This document shows positions 1 through 10,118 of a stretch of DNA of 64,000 nt, piece by piece. Both the position numbers and the translations under genes were made by a program. The stretch spans positions 125,906 through 189,905 of the forward strand of contig JBMNLZ010000002.1 in NCBI GenBank assembly GCA_050953065.1. The letters run 5' to 3'. Positions within the stretch are counted from its first letter, which is position 1. Every line of letters begins with the position of its first letter. Under the pieces are notes generated by a model, which did not search any database, was not told the DNA's origin, and worked only from the letters and a program-made list of their open reading frames with translations. This DNA comes from Bacilli bacterium (GTDB lineage Bacteria; Bacillota_I; Bacilli_A; ML615J-28; CAG-698).

Positions 1-1
1 T

Positions 2-385
2 TTGGGGAATCCTCCAATTAATACAATTAAAGGCTTTATTAAAAAGAATTCTTTATATGTTGAGGATAGTAAAAGTGTTGATTTAGAATTAAAGGATAAA
101 ACTGGTACTTTAATTGAAGAATTAAAAGCAGAAAATCAAGAAGTATATATTGGAATTAGACCAGAATTTTTTAAGGTTAGTAAAGATGGTAAGATAAAAG
201 GTTTAGTTGAAATTGTTGAACATATTGGTAGAGATGTAATGACGATTGTTAAAATAGTTGATACTGATCTTTCATTTAGAGCAATTATACCAAACGATAC
301 AAAAATTAAAGTTGGTGAAGAAATAAAATTTAGTTATTCTAAGTACTTTGTCTTTAATGCAAGTACAGGAGAAAGGATTAAATAA
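2..385 (+). CDS. ABC transporter ATP-binding protein, C-terminal fragment (MalK/MsmX-like regulatory domain); 5' end lies outside the window
   Basis: ORF track; C-terminal architecture resembles MalK/UgpC (GxPPxN, IGIRPE); followed directly by two permeases and a binding protein. Confidence 0.6.
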   Translation: MGNPPINTIKGFIKKNSLYVEDSKSVDLELKDKTGTLIEELKAENQEVYIGIRPEFFKVSKDGKIKGLVEIVEHIGRDVMTIVKIVDTDLSFRAIIPNDTKIKVGEEIKFSYSKYFVFNASTGERIK

Positions 386-1350
386 TGTTAGAGTATAAAA
401 AAGATGGATTAAAAGCAAGTGTTGCTTTAATGCCTACTTTACTACTAATGGCAGTCTTTACTTTCTGGCCTATCTTTAGAACTTTAGTAACTGCCTTTAT
501 GGAAGGCTATAATACTAATATGAGTTTTATAGAGTTCTTTCAAAGATTGGGTTCGTCAACTAAGCTTACTCTAAGATGGTTTAAAGATATCTTTGTAATT
601 CAAGATGGCTTGTTTTTAAAATCATTAAGGAACACTTTTGAAATGGCAATTATTTCAGTTCCAATTTCAATTATAGTTTCTTTGTTTATTGCAGTAGCAT
701 TAAATGGAATTAAAAAAGGTCAAGGAATTCTTCAAACAATTTTCTTTTTACCATATGTTACGAATTCAATTGCTTTAGGGATGGTATTCTCATTTATCTT
801 TAGTAGTAATTATGGACTAATTAATGCTTTAATTGAAGCATTTGGTGGAGAGCCTCAAGCTTGGATTTTTAGGATTACTTCAACGGGCGCTCAACCTACT
901 AGAGCATCGATTCTTTTTGTATTAATGGTCTATACAGTTTGGAATGGTCTTGCTTTTAAAATTATTGTGTTTTTATCGGGACTTCAAAGTATTGATAAAC
1001 AATATTATCAAGCTGCTCAAATTGATGGGGCATCTCGTTGGACTGTGTTTAGAAGAATTACAGTACCTCTATTATCACCAATGATACTTTATATTACGAT
1101 TACTTCTTTGATCGGTGCGTTTAAAGCGTATAATAGCGTTATCGCGATTTTTGGACATAATAAATTTGGACCATCATCTAGTCCAAATGAATTTATTACA
1201 GTAGTTGGGTTTATTTATAAATATTTGCCTTTACATAATAATACAAACTATTTAAGTGTAGTCTCAGCTGGTTCTTTAATTTTGTTTTCAATTATAATGC
1301 TTATCACTTTAATCCAATTTTATGTTGGTAAAAAGAGAGTGCATTATTAA
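385..1350 (+). CDS. ABC transporter permease (CUT1 sugar family, UgpA/MalF-like)
   Basis: Hydrophobic multi-TM ORF with a permease signature region; operon context. Confidence 0.8.
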   Translation: MLEYKKDGLKASVALMPTLLLMAVFTFWPIFRTLVTAFMEGYNTNMSFIEFFQRLGSSTKLTLRWFKDIFVIQDGLFLKSLRNTFEMAIISVPISIIVSLFIAVALNGIKKGQGILQTIFFLPYVTNSIALGMVFSFIFSSNYGLINALIEAFGGEPQAWIFRITSTGAQPTRASILFVLMVYTVWNGLAFKIIVFLSGLQSIDKQYYQAAQIDGASRWTVFRRITVPLLSPMILYITITSLIGAFKAYNSVIAIFGHNKFGPSSSPNEFITVVGFIYKYLPLHNNTNYLSVVSAGSLILFSIIMLITLIQFYVGKKRVHY

Positions 1351-1363
1351 GGGGGAATGAAAA

Positions 1364-2263
1364 ATGAACAGTAATTTATATTTAGAAGGCAAAGAATTAA
1401 GAAGATTTAAAACTAAGAGAATGATTAATCAAATATTGATTTATTTCTTCTTAGCTTTAATTGCATTGTTTGTTTTGATTCCTTTTTACTGGATGTTAGC
1501 AACTGCAGTTAAAAGTGATGCTGAGTTGGTTAAAGGCGTAACGTTTTTCCCTCAGGATTGGGCTTTTGAAAACTTTGGGAAAGTGTTTATAAGGGCACCA
1601 TATTTTGGAAGGTATTTTTTAAATACAATTATTGTTGGAACTTTAACTACAATTGGAACTTTAATAACTACAATTTTAGCAGCGTTTGCTTTTGCAAGAC
1701 TTAATTTCAAAGGTAAGAATGTTTTGTTTACAATTTTGCTTGCAACAATGATGATTCCAGGAGAGGTATTTGTTATTTCTAACTTTGTTACTATTGGAAG
1801 TTTTGGTAAAATTCCTTTCCTTAGTTGGGCAGGAAAAGAAACATTTGGAGCCTTAGTATTACCGTTTATTACAAGTGTCTTTTATATTTTCTTTTTAAGA
1901 CAAACATTTAAACAAATTCCAAATGAATTATATTTAGCAGCAAAAGTTGATGGAACTAGTGATTTTAAGTATTTATGGAAAGTTATGATTCCAATGGCGA
2001 AAGCTACTATTACAACGATTTTTATTTTAAGTATGATGGGGGCATGGAATGCTTATATTTGGCCAACTTTAGTTGCTAATAGTGAAAAGATGCGTTTAGT
2101 AACAAATGGACTAATGCAATCATTTACAGATGAATCTGGACAAACTCCAGACAACTTAAGAATGGCAGCAACAACTTTAGTTACCATCCCATTATTAATT
2201 GTTTTCATATGTTTAAGAAAGTATATTATGCGAGGAGTTTCTCGTAGTGGTATAAAAGGTTAA
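1364..2263 (+). CDS. ABC transporter permease (CUT1 sugar family, UgpE/MalG-like)
   Basis: Multi-TM ORF with a permease signature region; operon context. Confidence 0.8.
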   Translation: MNSNLYLEGKELRRFKTKRMINQILIYFFLALIALFVLIPFYWMLATAVKSDAELVKGVTFFPQDWAFENFGKVFIRAPYFGRYFLNTIIVGTLTTIGTLITTILAAFAFARLNFKGKNVLFTILLATMMIPGEVFVISNFVTIGSFGKIPFLSWAGKETFGALVLPFITSVFYIFFLRQTFKQIPNELYLAAKVDGTSDFKYLWKVMIPMAKATITTIFILSMMGAWNAYIWPTLVANSEKMRLVTNGLMQSFTDESGQTPDNLRMAATTLVTIPLLIVFICLRKYIMRGVSRSGIKG

Positions 2264-2278
2264 TGAAAGGAGAAAAAT

Positions 2279-3787
2279 ATGAAAAAACTTATTAGTGTAT
2301 TATTTATTTTAGGAATGGCTTTTATTTTAACTGCCTGTGGTGAAAAGCGAAGCAGTAAAGTTAATTTAGTTAGCATGGAAGAATTTGAAGCTCAAGAAAA
2401 TATTCAAATTACATTTAGAGTATCATTTGGTCAAGCAATTACACCATATGTTCAAGGCTTAATTGATAGTTTTAATGAAAAGTATGATAACGTTACTTGT
2501 ACAATGGAAGTAGTTGGTGGATATGATAATTTGTTAACTCAAACAAAATTAGATGTTCAAGGTAATACTGCACCAACTCTTGTAATTGGTTATCCTGACC
2601 ATATCGCAGCTTATCTATTATCAGATGGAGTTGTTCCGTTAGATGATTTTATGAATAGCGCTGAAGTTGGGTTTAGTGAAGCTGATATGGCTGATTTTAT
2701 TCCTGCGTATTTAGCAGAAAATAATAAATACGATAAAGGGGGAACTTATTATAGTTTGCCATTTAACAAATCAACAGAAGTATTAGTTTATAATAAAGCT
2801 TTCTTTGAACATTTTGAATTAGAGGCTCCTACTACTTGGCAAGAAATGGAAACTCTTACAAAAGATATTGTTGAGATTGTTAAATCAGGAGATGCTGATA
2901 ATACTTGGTCACCAGGACTTACAATGTCAACAATGAATGACTTTGTTCCATTAAACTATGACTCAGATTCTAACTTCTTTATTACAACTGCTCATCAATG
3001 GGGTGGTGTTTATACATCAAGTGCTTTAAAACTTGATGGAGGAGTTAATCTAGAAAAGGGTAAAATGGATTTTGCTGATAGCACACTTAATGCTAAAACT
3101 GTTGAAGGTTTAACATTTATGCAAAATATGGCAAGTTATACTTATGAATCAAAAGCTGCACCATTAGTAACAACACCTAAATATTGGGAAGAAGCTTATG
3201 GAAGCAATCCATTTAAACAAGGTAAATGTGTGATGACAATTGGTTCTACTGCAGGGGTTTCTCATAACCAAGGTGGAGTGGCTACTAATTTAGGCTATGC
3301 ACCAATTCCATATGATACGAATAGTGCTATTAAAACAGTTATTCAACAAGGAACAAATATTGCGATTCTTTCACAAGCAGATGATTATCAAAGAATGGCT
3401 GCATGGTTATTTGTTAAACATTGTTTAAGTTTAGAAGGAACTATTGAATTCGCAGTTGGAACTGGGTATTTCCCTGTAAGAAATTCTGCTTATAATTATA
3501 ATCCTGAAATTGCTGAAGGAGAAAATGAAATAAACGATAAAGCAAAAGTTTATTATGATTTTCTAACTACTCCAACAATTGAACAAATTGCTAAATCTAA
3601 AGTAGCTCAAGTTATTCAATCATATAAGGAATTAGGGTATGTTTATTATGTAGACCCTGCATGGAGTGGATCAGCTGATGTTAGAGTTGAAGTTGGTGTT
3701 GCAATGGAACAAATAGTAATTGATAAACTTGCAATTCAAACTGCTTTAACAGATGCTAAAAATAGAGTGCCTACACTAGATTTTTAG
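2279..3787 (+). CDS. Extracellular solute-binding lipoprotein of the ABC importer
   Basis: Signal peptide with lipobox (LTAC); about 500 aa; SD GAAAGGAG upstream; sits after the permeases. Confidence 0.7.
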   Translation: MKKLISVLFILGMAFILTACGEKRSSKVNLVSMEEFEAQENIQITFRVSFGQAITPYVQGLIDSFNEKYDNVTCTMEVVGGYDNLLTQTKLDVQGNTAPTLVIGYPDHIAAYLLSDGVVPLDDFMNSAEVGFSEADMADFIPAYLAENNKYDKGGTYYSLPFNKSTEVLVYNKAFFEHFELEAPTTWQEMETLTKDIVEIVKSGDADNTWSPGLTMSTMNDFVPLNYDSDSNFFITTAHQWGGVYTSSALKLDGGVNLEKGKMDFADSTLNAKTVEGLTFMQNMASYTYESKAAPLVTTPKYWEEAYGSNPFKQGKCVMTIGSTAGVSHNQGGVATNLGYAPIPYDTNSAIKTVIQQGTNIAILSQADDYQRMAAWLFVKHCLSLEGTIEFAVGTGYFPVRNSAYNYNPEIAEGENEINDKAKVYYDFLTTPTIEQIAKSKVAQVIQSYKELGYVYYVDPAWSGSADVRVEVGVAMEQIVIDKLAIQTALTDAKNRVPTLDF

Positions 3788-3797
3788 GTAATAAAAA

Positions 3798-5057
3798 ATG
3801 TTAAAAAAATATTTAAAAATTTTATTAATAATACTTCTTTTGGTTTTGTCTGCTTGTAAAAAAACAGAAGAACCTATAGAAGATAAACAAGACTTACAAC
3901 TAGATACTAGATATACTGATGCGTTAGAATTAACTACTAGTTTTGAAGGTAAAGAGTTTATTACTCATGGAATAGGCAAAGTATCTTTAGGGCTATGTGT
4001 TGATGGAGATACAATAACTGTAAGAAGTGGAGCATCTAATATTACTATTAGATTTTTAGGAATTAATACACCTGAATCAACAGGAAAAGTTGAACCTTGG
4101 GGGAAACCTGCTAGTGCTTTTGTCAAAGATAAACTTACCAATGCTGATGCTATTGTTTTAGAAGCAGAAGGCGAAAGGACAGATAACAATGGAAGATATT
4201 TAGCTTGGGTTTGGTATCAACCAAAAGGGCAAGATAAATATAGATTGCTTAACTTAGAAATTGTTGAAGAAGCATATTCGTTTTTTACAATGTCTTCTAC
4301 TAAATATCATGAAACTTTTATCTCAGCTCATTATAAAAATACAAATATTAAGAAAAGACTTTATGGAGAAACTGATCCAAGTTTTTCTACTTCAAAAGAA
4401 GCACTTGATACTACAATTGCATATGTTTTATCAGGTAAAGAAGAATATTTAACTGGAACAGTATTTAATTTAACTGTTCAAGTGTTAAGAACTGTTGGAG
4501 ATGATTTCTTTGTCAGAGACATTCAGGCTACCGATATTGATGGTGAAGTAGTTTATGGTGATATCTTTGTTTTTGGATTTTATGGAGTAAGTTATTATAC
4601 TTATTTACAAATTGGAGATATAGTTAATTTTGAATGTAAATTTGATATTGCTGGAAATTATGGAGACCAAATTACCGATGTTAGGAAACTAAAAATTCTT
4701 CGTAATGAAGAAGTTAATTTAGATATAATTGATTCAAGTGATATTACCAATTTAAGTGCATATAAAGGTAGAGTAATTACAGTTGATAATTTAATTTATA
4801 AAGGTTATTATCAATCTCAAAATGATAAAGCTGCTAACCCCGAACAATATACTTTAAAATTTGAATCAAATACTGGTAAAAAATTTGATGTAAGAATAGG
4901 GAACCGTCTTATCTCAAGATATGATGTAGATAGCTTAGTAGTAGATGAGGTATATGCTGTAACTGGCGGAGTAAGCTATTATGAGTTTGCTAATGATTCA
5001 TATCAATTATTATTAGGTGACAAAAACAAATCAAATGATATTGTTTTGAAAGAATAA
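3798..5057 (+). CDS. Lipoprotein with staphylococcal-nuclease (thermonuclease/SNase) domain plus a C-terminal OB-fold-like module
   Basis: Lipobox LSAC; SNase-like motifs DGDTITV, RFLGINTPE, GRYLAWVWY match the remembered SNase core DGDTVKL / RLLLVDTPE / GRGLAYIY. Confidence 0.75.
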   Translation: MLKKYLKILLIILLLVLSACKKTEEPIEDKQDLQLDTRYTDALELTTSFEGKEFITHGIGKVSLGLCVDGDTITVRSGASNITIRFLGINTPESTGKVEPWGKPASAFVKDKLTNADAIVLEAEGERTDNNGRYLAWVWYQPKGQDKYRLLNLEIVEEAYSFFTMSSTKYHETFISAHYKNTNIKKRLYGETDPSFSTSKEALDTTIAYVLSGKEEYLTGTVFNLTVQVLRTVGDDFFVRDIQATDIDGEVVYGDIFVFGFYGVSYYTYLQIGDIVNFECKFDIAGNYGDQITDVRKLKILRNEEVNLDIIDSSDITNLSAYKGRVITVDNLIYKGYYQSQNDKAANPEQYTLKFESNTGKKFDVRIGNRLISRYDVDSLVVDEVYAVTGGVSYYEFANDSYQLLLGDKNKSNDIVLKE

Positions 5058-5078
5058 AAAAGGAGGAAAATTTAAAAA

Positions 5079-7973
5079 ATGAATCTTAAAAAAATTATTA
5101 TTAGTTTTGTAGTATTGTTTTTAGGAGTAGTTTTGGTAGCATGTGATAAAGAGGTAGAAAACCTTGCTGAAACATATATCCAAAACATCAATCTTCTAAA
5201 TCCAGCAGCAATTGTTGATGATATTCAATTGCAAAAGAAAATCAGTGGCCAAGGAAGTGTTACTTGGGTATCTGATAATGAAGCGGTAGTTAAAATTGAG
5301 GAGTATGTTGATGAAACTTTAGCCGCAAGTTTCTTTAAAGGTAGTGTTACTAGACCAGCAGTTGGCGAAGAAGATGTTGTCGTAACATTAACAGTAACTT
5401 ATACATTAGATGGACAAACAGCAACTAGAGAAATTAAAATTAAAGTTTTAGCAGAACCAGCTGCTTTGTCAATTTCTGAAATTTTGTCAATGAGTGTAGG
5501 AGATGAAGTTTTAGCAGAAGGTGTTGTTGCAGCACTTACTCCTAAGGGATTCTTACTTAGTGATGAGACAGAAATGATTTATGTTTATCAAAATGCAACA
5601 CCTACAGTTTTAGTAGGTGATACAGTTAAGGTTAGTGGTAAAATTGCAGTATATCATAGCGCTAAACAAATCTCTAATCCAACTATTACTAAATTAAATA
5701 CAGAAGCAGGAACTTATACTTATCCTGAGGCTGTAAAGGTTACAGCAGATTCTTTAGCAAAGCTTTATAATAAAGACAGTAAAAACTTTAATAATCTTTA
5801 TGAAATTAAAGGCATTATTGAATTAAAAGGAACTTATAATGATATCTATATTAAGGATTTTGAAAATCCTGATATCGCAATCTATCTTCAATATAGTTAT
5901 ATTAACGCAGAAAATGCTACTTTATTTAAAGGTAAAAATGGCGCTGTAGTAAGTTTTAAAGCTTATTCAGTATGTCTTGATAATGATTATTATGATGATG
6001 TAGTAGCTTTGATGTATTTAGATCAAACTTTTGTTGAATACACTGATACTGTTGCTTACTTAACAGTTAGTGGAAGAAACATGATTGATATTGTTAATCC
6101 TCGTCAATATGAAGCAACTCTTTATCCTGCAGTAGAAGATACTACAGTTATTTGGTCAACAAGCGATGAAGAAATTGCAACAGTTGATGAAACTGGTAGA
6201 GTAACAGCACTTGCAGTAGGTGAGGTTGATATCATTGCTACAGTTGGTAATATTACTAATAAAAAAACAATTACAGTTGTAGAAGAGTTAGCAGATCCAA
6301 CTACAGTTAATATTGCAGGAGATGCAGAGATTGTTGAGTTTGGTATTGCAAACTATACATCAAGTGTAGAACCAGAAAATGCAGACCCTTCTGTAACATG
6401 GAGTGTTGATGATGAGACTATTGCAACAATAGATCAAACTGGTAAATTAATTGCTAATAAAGTTGGTAAAGTTACAGTTAAAGCAACTGCAACAGGAACT
6501 GAAGTGTTTGGAACTAAAGAAGTTAATGTTGTTGCGATGGAAATATCTGATATTTCAACTTTACTTCCAACATTAAGTGCAACTCCACAAACAGTATCTC
6601 TTAAGGGTGAAATAGTAGGTATTGCTGCTAAAGGTTGGTATTTAGCTGATAGTACTGGATATGTATACATACACCTAAATAAAACTCCAACTGGAGTTAC
6701 AGTAGGTGATACTGTAAGAATTGCAGTTAAGAAAGCTCAAATTTATTTGAATACTAATAACTATGTATATCAAATGGATGCAAGAGGCGATGGTGAAATA
6801 TATGTATATCCTATTGAAGAAGACTTTACTGAAATTCCAACAGTTGACAAAGCAATAGATACTTTTGAATATGATAATAAAACAGATGTAACAAAAGACT
6901 ATGTAGAAGCTATGGGAACTATGGAAGTATATGGCAAAAAGTGGGTTAGCGTTACTGGTAAATTAATTAAATTTGGAAGTTATAATAACCTATATTTAGA
7001 ATCAGCTACTAATAAAGTTATGATTGACTATAATACTGATGCTGAAGCTCTAGCAAGACTTGGATATTTAATAAATGAAACTATTACTTTAAAAGGTTTA
7101 GTATATGGATTTAATAAGACTAATGGTTGGAGTATTACATTCTTTAATAGAGATGGTGACTTAAAACAAGGTGACACTGTTTTAGAAGTTAAACCAACTA
7201 TTATGAAAGTTGATGAAATTAAAAATGAATTAAGAAATTACTATCCAAATCAAGTTGAAGAAAATATAACTCTTGATTTTGCATCAACTTTATATCCTGA
7301 TGCAGCGTTTACTTATTCATCAAATAAACCTGAATCATTAAGTAATGAAGGTATAGTTGTAAGAGGAACTGAAGATGTAGAAGTTACTTTAACTATGTCA
7401 GTTTATTTAGATGGAAATACAGCAGGTGATGCTGATGGAACAATTGACATTGTTATTAATGTAATAGCAGAAGGTGGTGTACCTCTTTCAACAATCTATT
7501 CAACTGGATTTGAAGCAGATGAAGGATTTGTAGCAACTTCAAGTTATCAAAATACTGATCCTAGATACCAAGGAGCAGAAGGTGCACAATGGGCTATCAT
7601 TATGGGTGCTGTTACTACTACAGGTAAAATTACAGATTTACAAAGCTTACAAATGAGATCTTATACTTCGTTACCAGATACATATGGTTCAGCTATTACG
7701 AATTTTAATATCGCTAATGCTCATAAAGTGACATTTAAAGCTAATGCTTATAATAACCCAGGAACTGCATTAAAGGTCTATTACTCAACTGATGGTGGGA
7801 CAACTTGGCTTGGCGAAGAAACATTTACAATTGTTAAAGCAGTAGGCGAATTCACATACAACTTACCAGAAGGCGGAGTTAATAATGTAAGATTTAAGCT
7901 TGAACATGCCCTTAAAGGTGTAGATAATAGATTAACAATTGATGAATTTACAGTAATTGGAATCTCATCATAA
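5079..7973 (+). CDS. Large surface lipoprotein with Ig-like (Big_2-type) domains and repeated OB-fold-like modules
   Basis: Lipobox LVAC; SD AAGGAGG; Big_2-like segments (TVIWSTSDEEIATVDETGRVTALAVGEVDI); repeated GxxVxVxG...GFxLxD...IYVY modules. Confidence 0.6.
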   Translation: MNLKKIIISFVVLFLGVVLVACDKEVENLAETYIQNINLLNPAAIVDDIQLQKKISGQGSVTWVSDNEAVVKIEEYVDETLAASFFKGSVTRPAVGEEDVVVTLTVTYTLDGQTATREIKIKVLAEPAALSISEILSMSVGDEVLAEGVVAALTPKGFLLSDETEMIYVYQNATPTVLVGDTVKVSGKIAVYHSAKQISNPTITKLNTEAGTYTYPEAVKVTADSLAKLYNKDSKNFNNLYEIKGIIELKGTYNDIYIKDFENPDIAIYLQYSYINAENATLFKGKNGAVVSFKAYSVCLDNDYYDDVVALMYLDQTFVEYTDTVAYLTVSGRNMIDIVNPRQYEATLYPAVEDTTVIWSTSDEEIATVDETGRVTALAVGEVDIIATVGNITNKKTITVVEELADPTTVNIAGDAEIVEFGIANYTSSVEPENADPSVTWSVDDETIATIDQTGKLIANKVGKVTVKATATGTEVFGTKEVNVVAMEISDISTLLPTLSATPQTVSLKGEIVGIAAKGWYLADSTGYVYIHLNKTPTGVTVGDTVRIAVKKAQIYLNTNNYVYQMDARGDGEIYVYPIEEDFTEIPTVDKAIDTFEYDNKTDVTKDYVEAMGTMEVYGKKWVSVTGKLIKFGSYNNLYLESATNKVMIDYNTDAEALARLGYLINETITLKGLVYGFNKTNGWSITFFNRDGDLKQGDTVLEVKPTIMKVDEIKNELRNYYPNQVEENITLDFASTLYPDAAFTYSSNKPESLSNEGIVVRGTEDVEVTLTMSVYLDGNTAGDADGTIDIVINVIAEGGVPLSTIYSTGFEADEGFVATSSYQNTDPRYQGAEGAQWAIIMGAVTTTGKITDLQSLQMRSYTSLPDTYGSAITNFNIANAHKVTFKANAYNNPGTALKVYYSTDGGTTWLGEETFTIVKAVGEFTYNLPEGGVNNVRFKLEHALKGVDNRLTIDEFTVIGISS

Positions 7974-7992
7974 TAAAGAAATTTAATTTTAA

Positions 7993-8034
7993 AAATACTT
8001 CTTTTAAAGAAATTTAAAAGAAGTATTTTTTATT
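7993..8034 (+). terminator. Rho-independent terminator after the lipoprotein gene
   Basis: Inverted repeat AAATACTTCTTTTAAA / TTTAAAAGAAGTATTT followed by a T-run. Confidence 0.6.
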
Positions 8035-8127
8035 TTATTAGATTAACTATAAACAAAATATTTATTTACATTAAAAAAAATGTTATAATAAAGTTAATCT
8101 TTTTATTATTATTTTAGGAGGCTTATT

Positions 8128-9252
8128 ATGGAATACCGCAAATGGAAAAAAATCCCAGTTGAAACATCTTTATTAGGATTTGGTTCAATGAGATTAAAAA
8201 CAGTTAATGATAAAATAGATGAAGAATTAGCTTTAAAATTAGTTGACTATGCATATAATAACGGAGTCAATTATTTTGATATGGCGATGCCATATTTAGA
8301 TGGTCAAAATGAAAGTTTTATGGGACGTGCTTTAAAACGATATAAAAGAGATACATTCTATATAGCTACAAAACTTTCGCTTTGGATGTTTGAGACTAAA
8401 GAAGAAATTGAACAAGTAATTGATAGGCAACTTGAAAACCTTCAAACTAGTTATATTGATTGTTATTTATTGCATGCTTTAAATAAAGAAAAGTTTGAAA
8501 AAATAAAAAGATTAGGTGTAATGGATATTGTTAGAAAATGGAAAAAAGAAGGAAAAATAAAATACATTGGTTTTTCTTTCCATGATGAATACGATATTTA
8601 TAAAGAAATTTTAAACTTTTATGATTGGGATTTTTGTCAGCTTCAACTTAACTATATGGACCAAGATACCCAACAAGGGATAAAAGGCTATTATGATGCA
8701 TTAAACAAGGGAATTCCTGTTATTGTAATGGAGCCAGTTAAAGGTGGAGATTTAGCTAAATTTAATGATAAAGTCTCTTCTATTTTTTATGATTATAATA
8801 AACAAGCAAGTCTTTCTAGTTGGGCTTTTAGATGGGTTGGAAGCTTAGTTGGCGTAAAGTTAATTTTAAGCGGGATGAATACATTAGAACAATTAAAAGA
8901 CAATTTAAAAACATTCGATAACTTTAAACCTCTTAATGAGGAAGAACAAGTATTAGTTTCTAAGGTGAAAGAGGAATTAAAGAAAATTGTTGAAGTGGGC
9001 TGTACAAGATGTGAGTATTGCTTGCCATGTCCTTATGGGGTTAATATTCCAAGAAACTTTAAAATTTTTAATAATTATGCTATGTATAAAAATGAAAATT
9101 CAGCTTTATTTAATTTTAAAGAATTAAAGAAAGAAAAAGCTGATGCATCAATTTGTGTTGCTTGTGGAGAATGCATTAGTAAATGTCCTCAAAAAATTAA
9201 TATTCCAGAAGAGTTATCTAGAATGCTTACTGAAATGAGGTTTTTAAAATGA
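8128..9252 (+). CDS. Aldo/keto reductase family oxidoreductase with C-terminal 2x[4Fe-4S] ferredoxin-like domain
   Basis: AKR-like N-terminal region; two Cys clusters (CTRCEYCLPCP and CVACGECISKCP); SD AGGAGG. Confidence 0.7.
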   Translation: MEYRKWKKIPVETSLLGFGSMRLKTVNDKIDEELALKLVDYAYNNGVNYFDMAMPYLDGQNESFMGRALKRYKRDTFYIATKLSLWMFETKEEIEQVIDRQLENLQTSYIDCYLLHALNKEKFEKIKRLGVMDIVRKWKKEGKIKYIGFSFHDEYDIYKEILNFYDWDFCQLQLNYMDQDTQQGIKGYYDALNKGIPVIVMEPVKGGDLAKFNDKVSSIFYDYNKQASLSSWAFRWVGSLVGVKLILSGMNTLEQLKDNLKTFDNFKPLNEEEQVLVSKVKEELKKIVEVGCTRCEYCLPCPYGVNIPRNFKIFNNYAMYKNENSALFNFKELKKEKADASICVACGECISKCPQKINIPEELSRMLTEMRFLK

Positions 9253-10115
9253 TTGGAAATTTAAAAACTACAATCGAGATCTTACAAAAATATAATCTTT
9301 ATACTAAGAAAAAAGTAGGTCAAAACTTTTTAATTGATGAGAATGTATTAAATAAGATTGGTGAAGCTGCTTCTTTAGATAAAGAAACAGGAGTGATTGA
9401 AATTGGTGCAGGACTTGGTAGTTTAACTGAAGTTCTAGCTTTAAAAGCTAAAAGGGTTTTAGCTTATGATATAGATTTAGATATGATAGTAGTATTAAAC
9501 GATGTTTTAAGTAAATATGATAATATTATTATTACACATGAGGACTTTTTAAAAGTTAATTTAAATGAAGCTTTAAAAGTGTTTAAAGATTGTAAAACAG
9601 TAAAGGTAGTTTCAAACCTACCTTACTATATTACAACACCAATTATCTTTAAATTATTAACTGATGATGTAGAAATTAGTGAATATTATTTTATGGTTCA
9701 AAAGGAATTAGCGCAACGTCTAACTGCTGATATCAACACAAAAGATTATAATGCTTTAAGTGTTTTAATGAGATATAAGACTGATACTTCAATTTTGTTT
9801 GATGTCTCAAGAAATGTCTTCTTACCAATGCCAAATGTTGATAGTGCATTCATTAAGATGGCGCTTGTTAAAAGAGAGTTAGGAATCGAAAATGAGGCCC
9901 ATTTTGGGGCCTACCTTCAAAAGATCTTTGCTAGTAGGAGAAAAACCTTAGTCAACAATCTAAATACAGCCTACGGCTTTAATAAAGAAAAGCTAAATAC
10001 TTTAATTGAAGAATTTGGCTATGATTTTAGAATTAGAGCTGAGAATTTAAGTTTAGAAGAAATTGTAAAACTTTATTTAGCTTTGGTTGATAAAGCAGAA
10101 GAGTTAAGAGAATAA
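9249..10115 (+). CDS. rsmA: 16S rRNA (adenine1518/1519-N6)-dimethyltransferase
   Basis: KsgA motifs (VGQNFLID, EIGAGLGSLT, NLPY); 4-nt overlap with upstream gene. Confidence 0.9.
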   Translation: MIGNLKTTIEILQKYNLYTKKKVGQNFLIDENVLNKIGEAASLDKETGVIEIGAGLGSLTEVLALKAKRVLAYDIDLDMIVVLNDVLSKYDNIIITHEDFLKVNLNEALKVFKDCKTVKVVSNLPYYITTPIIFKLLTDDVEISEYYFMVQKELAQRLTADINTKDYNALSVLMRYKTDTSILFDVSRNVFLPMPNVDSAFIKMALVKRELGIENEAHFGAYLQKIFASRRKTLVNNLNTAYGFNKEKLNTLIEEFGYDFRIRAENLSLEEIVKLYLALVDKAEELRE

Positions 10116-10118
10116 TTT

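Noticed and set aside
3965-4452. Short ORFs nested in the nuclease lipoprotein gene (3965-4189 minus strand, 4261-4452 plus strand, other frame)
   Set aside because: Fully embedded in a well-supported CDS; low-complexity translations typical of AT-rich frames.
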